The notes beneath the pieces are model-generated. The model was not told the DNA's origin. It was given only the letters and a program-made list of their open reading frames with translations, and searched no databases. Shown here piece by piece: positions 51,885-62,151 of a DNA stretch of 64,000 nt. The position numbers were made by a program, and so were the translations under genes. Each line of letters begins with the position of its first letter. The stretch's first letter is position 1. The DNA comes from an uncultured Collinsella sp. (lineage in GTDB: Bacteria > Actinomycetota > Coriobacteriia > Coriobacteriales > Coriobacteriaceae): contig CATZRJ010000002.1 in assembly GCA_958423535.1 (NCBI GenBank), forward strand, positions 11,987 to 75,986. The letters run 5' to 3'.

Positions 51885-52814
51885 CTAAGCAGCAAGATCG
51901 GATGCGTCCTCAAAGGGACCCATGGGACGAGTAGCACCGGCGACCGTGGTCACCAGGTCGCGGACGCGCGAGAACGTGGCGGCAGCCACCTCGTTGGCAC
52001 GGGTGTAGTCGACATCGCGCTCGTAGAGCGAAACGAGCGCACGGCCCATGCCATAGGTTCCCGCGGCGGCGGTCAGTGCCTTGACGGCAAACCCAATATG
52101 CGGCGTCTGCTTTACCAGGGCGCGGGTGACGGCGCGGAGCACCAAGCCGCCGGCAAGGACGCCCGCGACCTCATAACCGCGCTCGGGCTTAATACCGCGT
52201 CCAAAGATGGCCGCGAGCTCAAAGAGCATGCCCACCTGCGCCAGCGCCATAACGGGATAATCGGCCCCCGGCAAAAACACCAGCGCGCCCGTCGCCATAT
52301 TGGTAAGCGCGCACGAGGTGATGATGCGGTTAGCGGCCGCAATACGCATAAAGGCGAAGTTCGCCGCAAATGCCGTCTCCTTGTCCGTGCGATCGAGAAT
52401 CCAGCGGGCAAGCGTCTCGAGCAGATACGTCTTATCGGTAGCCGCTACCGCGCCGAGCATGGGCGTGGACTCCTGGATAAAAGGCACCTCGACAGCGGAC
52501 TCGGCCAGCACGCACACGGGGGCGCCGGCAATCACGAGCTCCTGCACGGCGCTCTCAAGGCGGTCAGACCCGCACGAAAGCACCAGCACCACATCGGTAT
52601 CGGTCTTGGGGACGATACGGTCCTCACCCAGGCGCTCAACGCGCACAATGCCCGACGTCGTCTGTGGCACGAAGGCATCGCGCACCGTCTCGACCAAAAA
52701 ACGTGAGGCAGACGAATCGAGGTAGACGGACACGCGAACAGGCGTGTCGAAATCCTTCTTGGTAGTCGCGCCCATCTTAAAGACGCGGGTCAGCTTATCC
52801 ACGGGAATCTTCAT
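51885..52814 (-). CDS. hypothetical protein, C-terminal DUF697-like helical membrane-associated region
   Basis: AAAGGAGG-like context and operon position; PGADYPVM..Q..M..ELA.IFG and AAGTYGMG motifs resemble DUF697. Confidence 0.65.
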   Translation of the reverse strand: MKIPVDKLTRVFKMGATTKKDFDTPVRVSVYLDSSASRFLVETVRDAFVPQTTSGIVRVERLGEDRIVPKTDTDVVLVLSCGSDRLESAVQELVIAGAPVCVLAESAVEVPFIQESTPMLGAVAATDKTYLLETLARWILDRTDKETAFAANFAFMRIAAANRIITSCALTNMATGALVFLPGADYPVMALAQVGMLFELAAIFGRGIKPERGYEVAGVLAGGLVLRAVTRALVKQTPHIGFAVKALTAAAGTYGMGRALVSLYERDVDYTRANEVAAATFSRVRDLVTTVAGATRPMGPFEDASDLAA

Positions 52815-52832
52815 AGCAAACCCCTCCAGCGG

Positions 52833-54059
52833 TTACGCGGCGCCCGAACGATGCCGCCATATGGATTGTACGATACCCACCGTCAGCAACTGGATCATCA
52901 TCGAGGACGAACCGAAGCTAATGAAAGGCAGCGGAATACCGGTAATCGGCATCATGTCGATGCACATGCCAATGTTCTCGAAGGTCTGGAATGCCCACAT
53001 GCCGACGATACCTACGCATGACAAGCGTAGGAACAGAGACTCACACTTAAAGGCGACACGAATCGTCGAGAATATAAGCAGCACGTACAGGCACAGCAGC
53101 AAAAAGGAGCCGCAGAAGCCAAAAGTCTCGGACAAAAAGGCAAAGACGAAGTCGGTGTGGAACTCGGGCAGAAAGCCACCGGCAGACTGCGTCGCATGGC
53201 CCAGCCCTTTACCGAAAAAGCCACCCGATCCAACCGCGATGAGCGATTGCTGCAAGTTGTAGGCATCGTCCGAATCGGCATTGTCGGGGTCGATAAAGAC
53301 GGTCAGTCGGTTCATCTGGTACTGCTTAATGAGCACATCGTGGCCGAGCAGCGAATCGAAGACAGAATCAAGCGCCAGGACGAGCGCCACCAGGCCCACG
53401 AGCAGCGCCAAGGTCGACAGCACCCATTCGCGGCGGGCACCGCTCATGCAGATGACAACAGCACCAGACACCAACACGACCAGGCCCGAACCCAAGTCGC
53501 CCATGGCGACGACGGCCAAAAACGGAACGGACAGCATGCCGCAGAGCTTAATGTAGTCGCGAACGGAATCGATGCGGCCGTTGTACTGCGAACCAAGCGT
53601 GGCGATAAAGAAGATCGTGATGAGCTTGGCGAGCTCGACCGGCTGGAAGGTGAGACCGATACCGGGAATCTTGATCCAGCCCGTCATGCCTAAGCCGCCC
53701 GTATAGGACAGTCCCGGAATCTTGGGCGAGAAAATCACAATGAGGTCGATGACGAGCAGTGCCGTCGAGAAGTTAGAGATGCCGCGCAGATCGGTTCGCC
53801 AGACGAGCACCGCAAGCACCGCACCGATGCCGATACCCAGCAGGTGACGCGAGAACGAGGCGTCGGCCTTAAACTGCGAGGCCGACCAAATGATGATGGC
53901 GCCATAGGCAACGAGTGCCAAGGTTGCCAGCAGCACGCCGATGTGCACCTTTTGGCGAAACGTACCGCGCGAGGCCGAAAGCTGCTTGTTGACACGGTCC
54001 AGGCTGCTGCGGGAACCGGTTTTAGTTGAGCGGAACAGGTCCGCCGGCGAAAAATCCAT
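52833..54059 (-). CDS. rodA: SEDS peptidoglycan glycosyltransferase RodA
   Basis: FQPVELAK, DLGSG, AVGSGG..GKG, LPEFHTDF, TGIPLPFISFGSS. Confidence 0.93.
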   Translation of the reverse strand: MDFSPADLFRSTKTGSRSSLDRVNKQLSASRGTFRQKVHIGVLLATLALVAYGAIIIWSASQFKADASFSRHLLGIGIGAVLAVLVWRTDLRGISNFSTALLVIDLIVIFSPKIPGLSYTGGLGMTGWIKIPGIGLTFQPVELAKLITIFFIATLGSQYNGRIDSVRDYIKLCGMLSVPFLAVVAMGDLGSGLVVLVSGAVVICMSGARREWVLSTLALLVGLVALVLALDSVFDSLLGHDVLIKQYQMNRLTVFIDPDNADSDDAYNLQQSLIAVGSGGFFGKGLGHATQSAGGFLPEFHTDFVFAFLSETFGFCGSFLLLCLYVLLIFSTIRVAFKCESLFLRLSCVGIVGMWAFQTFENIGMCIDMMPITGIPLPFISFGSSSMMIQLLTVGIVQSIWRHRSGAA

Positions 54060-54068
54060 CGCAACCTC

Positions 54069-56141
54069 CTATCGAACCGAAGAATCGCCCGTGGCAGAAG
54101 ATGTATCGGGCTCGTTGTAGATGACGCCGAGCACATCGCGCACGACATGTAGGGCAATGGCAGAACCGCCGCCGCCCTGCTCCAGGACGGTGGCAATTAC
54201 GTACTTGGGGTCGTCGGCGGGAGCATACGCGCAGAACCAGGAATACTCGTCCTCGCCGCTTTTCTCGCCGGTGCCCGACTTACCGTAGACCTGAGGCGTC
54301 AAGTTGGTAAAGTGCGACGCCGTAGTGGCGGAAGTCGAATAGATAACGTCGTGCATGCCGTTGCGCACCAGTGTCAGATCGGCATCACTGTTAATCTTGG
54401 CGGTGAGGCGCTTTTTGGAGCCCTTGCCGTTGTAGATATAGGCATCGCCCCCGTCGCCGTCACGCGAGACGGCGGACAGAAACACGTGCGGCGTGAACTG
54501 CTTGCCACCGTTGGCGAGCCCCATATAGGCGCACGCCATCTGCAGCGGCGTCACCAAGATATCGCCCTGTCCGATGGCAATGTTGGTCATGTCGCCCGCA
54601 TTCCACTTGCGATCGTCTGCCGAGGCATCGGAAAAGAAGGATTCCTTCCACTCGGCATCGGGAATACGCCCGGCGCCTTCACTGGGAAGGTCGATGCCGC
54701 ATGTCGAGCCCAAACCCCAACGGCGGAACATCTCCTGCAGGCCCTCGGGGTTGTCCTTGTCATAGAAGAACGCCTTGCCGATATCGTAGAAAACCGGGTC
54801 GCACGAATTTGCGATGCCCGATTGCAGCGTCATGGTTCCATGACCGGAGTGCAGCCAGCAGTACTTGCCCCACTGCTTGCCCAGGCCCGTCCAATAGCCC
54901 GTGCAGTCCGTGGTTTGAGACGAGGTGTAGGTACCATATTCGAGCGCGGCGAGTGAAGTCAGCGGCTTGATGGTCGAAGCCGACATGTACTGGCCGCTAA
55001 TCGCGCGGTTGAGCAGCGGATGCGAGCCCTCATCGTCGTTGAGCTCGGTCCACACATCGTTAGAAACGCCGCCGATAAACACCGACGGATCGAATTTGGG
55101 CTCGCTGGCCATGCCCAGAATCTCGCCGTTGTTAGGGTCGAGGCATACCACCGCACCGTTGCCGGCATTGCTGTAGCCCGACTGCTTGGCGCGCGCGATG
55201 GCATCAGCAAGAGCCGTCTCGCAGGCTTGCTGAATGGCAAGGTCGATCGTGAGCTTGACATCGGAGCCTGCGCGCGGGGGTACAGCGCCGGCCTGTCCGG
55301 TAACGTTACCCGAGGCATCGACCTTTACTGTCTGTTCACCGCGAATACCCTGAAGCAGGTTTTCGTAATAGCTCTCAACGCCAGCCTGGCCTACGATGTC
55401 ACCCGACTGGTAGGCAATCTTACCCGCAGACTCGCTGGCGTCCTCGGAGGTCTTCTTTTTCTGCGCCTCGATCTGCTCGGAGGTAATGGTGCCGGTATAG
55501 CCCAAAATATGGCAGGCGGTCTCGCCATACGGGTACTGGCGCTCGGTGCGCTCGGCAATCTTCACGCCGGGAAACTCACCGGCGTGCTCCTGAATGTAGG
55601 CGACAGTAGAGCGACGCACGTCAGTCGCGATGGTATGCAGACTCTGCGCGCCTTCGGAATTGTCCTGGATGTTGCGCAGCACCGCGACATACGGCATGCC
55701 AAGTACGTTAGCAAGATGACGCACCAGCACCTTGTCGCCGGCAAGGTCGCGATAGGCGACGACGGCAAGCGAGGGACGGTTCTGTACCAGCGCGACGCCG
55801 TTGCGGTCCAAGATGCGACCACGCACGGCGGGCGTGGTAACAGTACGCGTCTGATTGCTCTGTGCCTGCTTATCATAGTAGTCCGACGAGACCATCTGCA
55901 TGCCCCACAGCTTAACGGCAAGTGCGGCAAACATCGCACCCACGCCCGTGGTAAGGATGGAAAAGCGGCCCTTAAAGGCCGTAGCGGCCGTATTGCCCTC
56001 GCCCTCGGTGGCGCGCGGGGCCGTTCCGTGCTGCGTGTCGTAGGTAAAGCGGGAGTCGCCGCGGCGCATAATGACCAGCGCGACCACAATGGCCACGACC
56101 AGCACGATACCGGCGATAACGACCGTCATCTGGGAAGACAT
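54069..56141 (-). CDS. mrdA: penicillin-binding protein 2
   Basis: RGRILDRNG dimerisation domain; STIK, SCD and KSG motifs. Confidence 0.92.
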   Translation of the reverse strand: MSSQMTVVIAGIVLVVAIVVALVIMRRGDSRFTYDTQHGTAPRATEGEGNTAATAFKGRFSILTTGVGAMFAALAVKLWGMQMVSSDYYDKQAQSNQTRTVTTPAVRGRILDRNGVALVQNRPSLAVVAYRDLAGDKVLVRHLANVLGMPYVAVLRNIQDNSEGAQSLHTIATDVRRSTVAYIQEHAGEFPGVKIAERTERQYPYGETACHILGYTGTITSEQIEAQKKKTSEDASESAGKIAYQSGDIVGQAGVESYYENLLQGIRGEQTVKVDASGNVTGQAGAVPPRAGSDVKLTIDLAIQQACETALADAIARAKQSGYSNAGNGAVVCLDPNNGEILGMASEPKFDPSVFIGGVSNDVWTELNDDEGSHPLLNRAISGQYMSASTIKPLTSLAALEYGTYTSSQTTDCTGYWTGLGKQWGKYCWLHSGHGTMTLQSGIANSCDPVFYDIGKAFFYDKDNPEGLQEMFRRWGLGSTCGIDLPSEGAGRIPDAEWKESFFSDASADDRKWNAGDMTNIAIGQGDILVTPLQMACAYMGLANGGKQFTPHVFLSAVSRDGDGGDAYIYNGKGSKKRLTAKINSDADLTLVRNGMHDVIYSTSATTASHFTNLTPQVYGKSGTGEKSGEDEYSWFCAYAPADDPKYVIATVLEQGGGGSAIALHVVRDVLGVIYNEPDTSSATGDSSVR

Positions 56142-56154
56142 CTACAGGCCTCCC

Positions 56155-56727
56155 CTATTTGAGCTTACGGGTCTTGGGCTTAAAGCGCATACCCGTCTGA
56201 CGCCCACCGCGCGCGGAGAACCCATAGCCAGACTGCGGCGCGACGCCGGACATCAAAAACGGGACGGCGACCAAGCCCGTCAGAATCGAGGACGGCAGGG
56301 CGTGCCCAAAGATCGCCACGACAAAACTCGACTCAAGACCCATAAACAGCAGGATAAGGCTGTAGATCACATTAATGGCAAGCGCGAAGGCGCCCACCGT
56401 GATGCCGCGAGCGCTCGGGGTGCCGCCCGTCTGACCGGCGGCACTGTGCACCAGGGCAAAGCTACCCACTGTCAGCAACAGCGACATCACGCCCACCGGC
56501 ACGGCTGCCGACAGGTCGTAGAACAGGCCACTGCAAAAACCGCAGATGACGGCACGCGTGGGGTCGCCCGAAAACACACCCAGGCACACCAGGACAATCA
56601 TAAAGTTGACGCGACCGCCCGCGATAGAGATCTGCGGAGCCAAGCCCGCCTGCAACAGGACGCAGACAATGGCAGCGATCGCAAAAGCGCGGGAGCCAGC
56701 CCCCTGTTCGTGTAGATCCATGGACAT
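56155..56727 (-). CDS. mreD: rod shape-determining protein MreD
   Basis: multi-TM protein with GF.SGL.YD, between mreC and pbp2. Confidence 0.85.
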   Translation of the reverse strand: MSMDLHEQGAGSRAFAIAAIVCVLLQAGLAPQISIAGGRVNFMIVLVCLGVFSGDPTRAVICGFCSGLFYDLSAAVPVGVMSLLLTVGSFALVHSAAGQTGGTPSARGITVGAFALAINVIYSLILLFMGLESSFVVAIFGHALPSSILTGLVAVPFLMSGVAPQSGYGFSARGGRQTGMRFKPKTRKLK

Positions 56728-56733
56728 GCCTCC

Positions 56734-57726
56734 CTATTCGCTCGAACCGGAATCATCGGACGCATCGGAGCCGTCGTCCGAGCTGTCGTCTTTGGACTTG
56801 GTGGCCGCATCACGCGAGGTGCCCTGCGGCGTACTGTTGGCGCTGCTCACATCCTCGTCCGAAGCCGACTGTTCGTCGGTCAGCGACGTAATGACCAGCA
56901 CTTCCTCGTTGTTTTCGGCCGTTGTCTGGGCGCGCACGACGATGGTGTAGTACACATCGTTGGCAGACTTTTCCACCGAGGAGACCGTACCGAGCGGCAG
57001 ACCTTTGGGGAACACGCCGCCGATACCCGAGGTCACGATAATGTCGCCCACCTTCACGTCGGAGTCGACACTCACGTGCTCCAGGCGCAGGGTACCGTCG
57101 GGCTGCCCCTGCAGCATGCCCTGAGCGCGTGTATCCTGCACCATGGCGGACACGCCCGAGTTCTCATCACCGATCAGGCGGACGGTGGAAGTCTTAGCCG
57201 AAACCTCGATAATCTGACCGATGACACCGGCAGAGCTCGTCACGGGCATGTTGATGGTAAGGCCGTCGGCAGAGCCCTTGTCGATGGTAACGGTCGAGGT
57301 CCAGGCATCGCCCGAAGCGCCGACAATGCGAGCCGCGGTGGACTTGAGGTTGTAGGTCGACTGCAGACCGACCAGGCTCTCGAGTCGCTCGGCGGTCTTT
57401 TGAGCCTCGGAAAGCTCGGCGACCTTTGACGTCAGGACCTCGTTTTGCTTCTTAAGCTCGTCGAGGGTGTCTTGCGAAGCCGTAAGGTTTGAGAACACGT
57501 TTCCGATTGCGTTGAAGGGCGCAGCCACAGCCGAGCCCACAAAGCGCACCGGTGAGGTAATCGTCGTCACGCCCGAACGCACAGCGTGAATCGGACCCGC
57601 CTCGCCTTCACGTATATAAAACGTGAGGAGCAGCACCGAAATCACGCTGAAAACAATCAACGGGCGCATACCCGTTGATTGTCGCTTGGTATTCAGATTT
57701 GAAGAGAAACCCGAAGATCGTGCCAA
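56734..57726 (-). CDS. mreC: rod shape-determining protein MreC
   Basis: TM, coiled coil, IDKGS, TSGIGGVFPKGLPLG. Confidence 0.93.
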   Translation of the reverse strand: MARSSGFSSNLNTKRQSTGMRPLIVFSVISVLLLTFYIREGEAGPIHAVRSGVTTITSPVRFVGSAVAAPFNAIGNVFSNLTASQDTLDELKKQNEVLTSKVAELSEAQKTAERLESLVGLQSTYNLKSTAARIVGASGDAWTSTVTIDKGSADGLTINMPVTSSAGVIGQIIEVSAKTSTVRLIGDENSGVSAMVQDTRAQGMLQGQPDGTLRLEHVSVDSDVKVGDIIVTSGIGGVFPKGLPLGTVSSVEKSANDVYYTIVVRAQTTAENNEEVLVITSLTDEQSASDEDVSSANSTPQGTSRDAATKSKDDSSDDGSDASDDSGSSE

Positions 57727-57747
57727 ATGGAATCCACCTTTTGGAAA

Positions 57748-58791
57748 TTAAGCATTGGTCTGGACGAAGCCACCGTCAAACGCGTTGGCCTCGAGCACGC
57801 GGGCACAGCCGTTGACGACGTTGTCGAGCGCCGTAGGGCTAACGTTGACCGAAACGCCGGTCTCATCGCGCAAACGCACATCGAGACCGCGCAGCAGCGC
57901 ACCGCCGCCGGTCAGCAGGATGCCGTAGTACATAAGATCCGAGGCAAGATCGGGCGGCGTGGCGTCGAGGGCGTCCTTGACGGCCTTGGCCATCTCGTCG
58001 AGCGGCTTGTTGAGCGCGCGGCGAATCTCCTCGCTCTCGATGCGCACGGTCTTGGGCAGGCCCGTGATCACGTCGCGGCCGTTGACCTCGACGTCGAGCT
58101 CGTCCTTGAGCGGCACGGCAGAACCGACCTTGATCTTGATGTCCTCGGCCGTGCGCTCGCCGATAGCCAGGTTATAGGCATCGCGAACGTGGGTAAGGAT
58201 AGCCTGGTCGAACTCGTCACCGGCAATGCGGATGGACTGCGACACGACGATACCGCCCATGGCAATAACGGCGACCTCGGTGGTACCGCCACCGATATCG
58301 ATGACCATGGAGCCGGTGGGCTCCTCGACAGGCAAGTCGGCGCCGATGGCAGCGGCCATGGGCTCCTCGATCAGGTATGCCTGGCGGGCACCGGCCTGGA
58401 TCGTAGCCTCAAAAACAGCGCGCTTCTCGACCGACGTGACGCCGGAGGGGACGCAGACGACAACGCGCGGACGCGGGGTCCACGGATAGCGCTTTTCGGA
58501 CGCCTTGTCGATAAAATAGCGAAGCATGGCCTCGGTAACATCAAAGTCGGCGATAACACCGTCCTTAAGGGGACGAACGGCCACAATGTTACCGGGCGTA
58601 CGGCCGAGCATGCGCTTTGCCTCGATACCGACAGCCAGGATGCGCTCATCGTTCTTGTCGATGGCGACAACGGAGGGCTCACGAATGACGATGCCCTTGC
58701 CGCGCACGGAGACAAGCGTGTTGGCGGTGCCGAGGTCGATGGCAAGATCGCCCGCATAGCTACCGAAGAACATATCCATCAAAGAAAACAA
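57748..58791 (-). CDS. mreB: actin-like MreB
   Basis: IDLGTANT, RPLKDGVIADF, DIGGGTT, LTGGGALL. Confidence 0.96.
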   Translation of the reverse strand: MFSLMDMFFGSYAGDLAIDLGTANTLVSVRGKGIVIREPSVVAIDKNDERILAVGIEAKRMLGRTPGNIVAVRPLKDGVIADFDVTEAMLRYFIDKASEKRYPWTPRPRVVVCVPSGVTSVEKRAVFEATIQAGARQAYLIEEPMAAAIGADLPVEEPTGSMVIDIGGGTTEVAVIAMGGIVVSQSIRIAGDEFDQAILTHVRDAYNLAIGERTAEDIKIKVGSAVPLKDELDVEVNGRDVITGLPKTVRIESEEIRRALNKPLDEMAKAVKDALDATPPDLASDLMYYGILLTGGGALLRGLDVRLRDETGVSVNVSPTALDNVVNGCARVLEANAFDGGFVQTNA

Positions 58792-58906
58792 CGCAACTCC
58801 TGATGTGTTGGATGATTGCTGGAAAACTACTAGCCCATCATACTAGCGCAAGCCCGGCACCTCACTTGCGGTGAAGCACCGGGCAGCGCCAAATCTCATA
58901 AGGTGA

Positions 58907-60202
58907 CTACTGGTTGTCAGCGGCGGAGAGATCGATGTCGAGCGAGGAGACGGCCCAACCGATATGGTTGTCGGAGCGCACGAACTTGACGGTGTACTCC
59001 TGCTCGCCGCCCTTGGACAGCGACGCCTTGACCTTGGCAGTGGTCTCGGTCATAGACTGATCCATGCCCTCGATGGAGACGGTGGCGCCCTGCGGAATCG
59101 AGGAAACGATCATCGACTTGGCGTCCTCGGACAGGCTAGAGGCCAGGCAGGACTCGGCCTCGGCGGTATCGCCGTCACCTGCGGCCTGGAACAGGTCGGT
59201 GACGACAGACTCCTGCGAAGGGAAGCCCAGGCCGCGCGTGTAGGCAAAGCCAAGACCGCCTGCAGCAAGGACAATCAGCAGAAGCAGCACCAAGAAGACC
59301 TTGAGGCCCGTATGGCGATGGCGACGACGGACCTTGGCCTCCTTGCGGTCCTGCTGAACCATCTCGGACTCGGACAGGGTAAAGAAGCCGGTGTCCGAGG
59401 GGTCGGGCATAAACTGACCGGTAGCACCCGTGGGGTCGAGCGGGTCAACGGCCGGAGCATCCATCGCGGGCGCCGGAGCCGTGGCTATGGCCGTCTGGGC
59501 CGAAAGCGCAGCGAGGGAATCTTGCACGCGGGCAAGCTCGTCGGCCTGCTCGGGCGTAAGCTGGTAGATGCCATCGGCGGTGGCGGCGTGGAAAGCATCG
59601 AGCGCGTCAGAGGGGCGACCGGCGGCAGAGAGCGCCTCGCCCATACCAGCGTTAAGCGCACGCGTGTCGTCGCGCGGACCGGCAAAGTCGATGGCCGCGC
59701 GGAAGGTCTCCACGGCGTCTGCCGGACGGCCAAGCTTAATGAAGCAGCGGCCAAGATCGCCGAGGGCGGCGGCGGGAGCCGGGTTGGCACCATCGATGGC
59801 TGCCTGACGGAAGGCAGTGCCGGCATTGGCATAATCACCCGACTGGAACAGGGCGTTGCCCAAACCCAGATAGGCCTTAAACGGCGTGGCATAGGATGCA
59901 TCCTGCGTTGCGGCAGAGAACGCCTGGGCTGCGGTCGCATAGTCACCCACGGCAGCAAGCGCCTTGCCGCGGTTGGTGAGCAGCGCGCCGCGCTTGCCAT
60001 AGGTACCGTCGTTGAGGGCGGCGGCGTAGGCCTCAGCGGCCTCGGCATACATGCCCAGGTGCATCAAGGCGTTGCCGCGCAGATGGTCGGCCTCGCCCAT
60101 AATCTCGCTGGGGGTCTTTGCCGCACCGAGCATCTGGGCGGCAGCGGAATAATCACCCGCGCGATAAGCGGCGCGGCCCTGTTGGATCAGCTGGCTATTC
60201 AA
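58907..60202 (-). CDS. TPR-repeat membrane protein with extracytoplasmic NTF2-like C-terminal domain
   Basis: about six TPR-like repeats, linker, RRRHRH followed by TM helix, small alpha/beta domain. Confidence 0.8.
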   Translation of the reverse strand: MNSQLIQQGRAAYRAGDYSAAAQMLGAAKTPSEIMGEADHLRGNALMHLGMYAEAAEAYAAALNDGTYGKRGALLTNRGKALAAVGDYATAAQAFSAATQDASYATPFKAYLGLGNALFQSGDYANAGTAFRQAAIDGANPAPAAALGDLGRCFIKLGRPADAVETFRAAIDFAGPRDDTRALNAGMGEALSAAGRPSDALDAFHAATADGIYQLTPEQADELARVQDSLAALSAQTAIATAPAPAMDAPAVDPLDPTGATGQFMPDPSDTGFFTLSESEMVQQDRKEAKVRRRHRHTGLKVFLVLLLLIVLAAGGLGFAYTRGLGFPSQESVVTDLFQAAGDGDTAEAESCLASSLSEDAKSMIVSSIPQGATVSIEGMDQSMTETTAKVKASLSKGGEQEYTVKFVRSDNHIGWAVSSLDIDLSAADNQ

Positions 60203-60213
60203 GGAAGTCCCCT

Positions 60214-60756
60214 TTACTCGTGAACAATCTCGACGTGGACGATCTCGTCGCCGGCACGCAGCTGCGAAATCACATCGAGGCCCTCGACCGTGGTGCCAAA
60301 GACGGTGTAGCCGGAGTCGAGGTTATGCTGGGCGCCCAGGCAGAAGTAGAACTGCGAACCCGCGGAATCGGGATCCATGGAACGCGCCATGGCAAGCGCA
60401 CCGTCGACGTGGCTGTTACGAGGATTGGTAGCGAACTCGCCCTTGATGCAGTAACCAGGGCCGCCGGTACCGGGCATGCCGTCGGGGCCCTCAAGGCCGG
60501 CGGCGACATCGGCGCCGGACATATCGCGGGTATTGGGGTCGCCGCCCTGGATCACAAAACCGGGAACATAGCGATGGAACTTAAGGCCATCGTAAAAACC
60601 CATCGTGGAAAGCTCGCAGAAGTTCGCCACGTGGATGGGAGCGCCCTCGCCGTCAAACTTGACCTTGATGGTACCCTTCGACGTCTCGATCACCGCGCAC
60701 TCATCGCCGGCAAGCTGGTACTCGGGCGTGTAGAGCTCTTTCTTAAAACCAAACAT
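60214..60756 (-). CDS. cyclophilin-type peptidyl-prolyl isomerase
   Basis: FHRYVPGFVIQGGDP, ALAMAR, SAGSQFY, YTVFG. Confidence 0.93.
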   Translation of the reverse strand: MFGFKKELYTPEYQLAGDECAVIETSKGTIKVKFDGEGAPIHVANFCELSTMGFYDGLKFHRYVPGFVIQGGDPNTRDMSGADVAAGLEGPDGMPGTGGPGYCIKGEFATNPRNSHVDGALAMARSMDPDSAGSQFYFCLGAQHNLDSGYTVFGTTVEGLDVISQLRAGDEIVHVEIVHE

Positions 60757-60860
60757 GTGGTTCCTTCCTCGTGCGTTTAAAGCATATTTGTTCGAATTGT
60801 AGCAATAAGCACAGGCTTCCATCAATTGCGCACGCAGGTTATACCGCTTAGGCGCATTAA

Positions 60861-62033
60861 TTACGAGCGCTGCCGCGGCTTCCAAGCGCCCACGTTGGCA
60901 TCGTACTGGTTGAGCGCGCTGTTGCCGCCCTGCGCCATGGGTGCCAAGATCTCGCTCTGGCGAGCGCTCATCGACTCACCATCGGGGATGGACAGCGAGA
61001 TGTCCCAGCTCTGGCAAATCACATCGACACGCTCGTACATCCACTCGGCGAGCTGCTTGAGGTGCTCGATGTCTTCGGCATAGGCTGTGTCGTCCTGGTA
61101 CTTAAGATTGTCGAGTTCGTCCTGCGTCTGCTTGATGCGGTCGCGCAGGTCATAGGCGCTCTGCGACATCTCCTGGCGCGTGCTGAGCGTAGAGCGCAGA
61201 TAGCCGCTGTTAAAGGAGGCGATCACCTCGCCGATCTGGTCCTCGGTGTTGTACGAGAGGATCGTCTGGTAAATCTGGTCGAGCTTGGCATAAAGTTCAT
61301 CGTCAGTGAGCACGACCTCCTCCTTGACCACGTCGGAGGTGTCGTCGCCATCGCTCTCATCGACCTTGGCGGCATCGTCCTGAGTCTGCTCGCCCTTCTG
61401 GCGCGAAGGGAAAGTACTCTGCGCGGCATGGCCAAACTCGCTATAGAATCCCGGCATGACGCCCAGGGGGTCGGTCGTCACAAACCAATAGGCACCGCCG
61501 CACGCGGCCGCGAGCACCGCAACGACGATAACCGGCTTGGGAATATGGCGCTTATGCTTATGGTAAGCGTCCTCATCGGGATGCACCTTGCGCTTGGGCT
61601 TTTGCTTATTGGACTGAGCATCGTCACGCAGGGACACCGGCATCGGCATGTCCACCTTGGGGATGCCAAAGTCCTTGTCGAAGGCCGGCAGCACACAAGT
61701 CTCGTTGGGATCGGCGGCGTCCGAAAGCACCGCCGCGGCAGAGGCCGGCGCATGGGGCACCTCGGTATCGATCTGCTCCTGCGTCAAGCGTGGAAAGCCG
61801 GCCGTGCGGCCTGCCGCCAGATCGGATGCAGCCGCGTCTTTGGAAAGGATGCCCGGGGCGGGGCGCCCGCACTTGGGACAGGTGCGATCGTGCGGGGACA
61901 GGCGTGCGCCGCAACCATCGCAGAATACAAACTCGGTATGCTCGGGACCGTCGCCCGGGCCAACGTATGCGTTGCAGTAGGGGCAGAACGAGGCGCCGTC
62001 TTCTATAGTCTTAAGGCAATGCGGGCAGATCAC
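60861..62033 (-). CDS. double zinc-ribbon membrane protein
   Basis: four CxxC pairs (CPHC, CPYC, CDGC, CPKC), linker, TM, acidic helical C-terminus. Confidence 0.8.
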   Translation of the reverse strand: MICPHCLKTIEDGASFCPYCNAYVGPGDGPEHTEFVFCDGCGARLSPHDRTCPKCGRPAPGILSKDAAASDLAAGRTAGFPRLTQEQIDTEVPHAPASAAAVLSDAADPNETCVLPAFDKDFGIPKVDMPMPVSLRDDAQSNKQKPKRKVHPDEDAYHKHKRHIPKPVIVVAVLAAACGGAYWFVTTDPLGVMPGFYSEFGHAAQSTFPSRQKGEQTQDDAAKVDESDGDDTSDVVKEEVVLTDDELYAKLDQIYQTILSYNTEDQIGEVIASFNSGYLRSTLSTRQEMSQSAYDLRDRIKQTQDELDNLKYQDDTAYAEDIEHLKQLAEWMYERVDVICQSWDISLSIPDGESMSARQSEILAPMAQGGNSALNQYDANVGAWKPRQRS

Positions 62034-62151
62034 GGCTTCCTCTTTTCGGAGCAATTCATACAGTCGAGGTTAGAGCATAGCATCGCCACGCCCCCACAGG
62101 AGCAAGGCACCAATTCAACATCGCCAGGAAATCATCCCCCGGCGACTGGAG

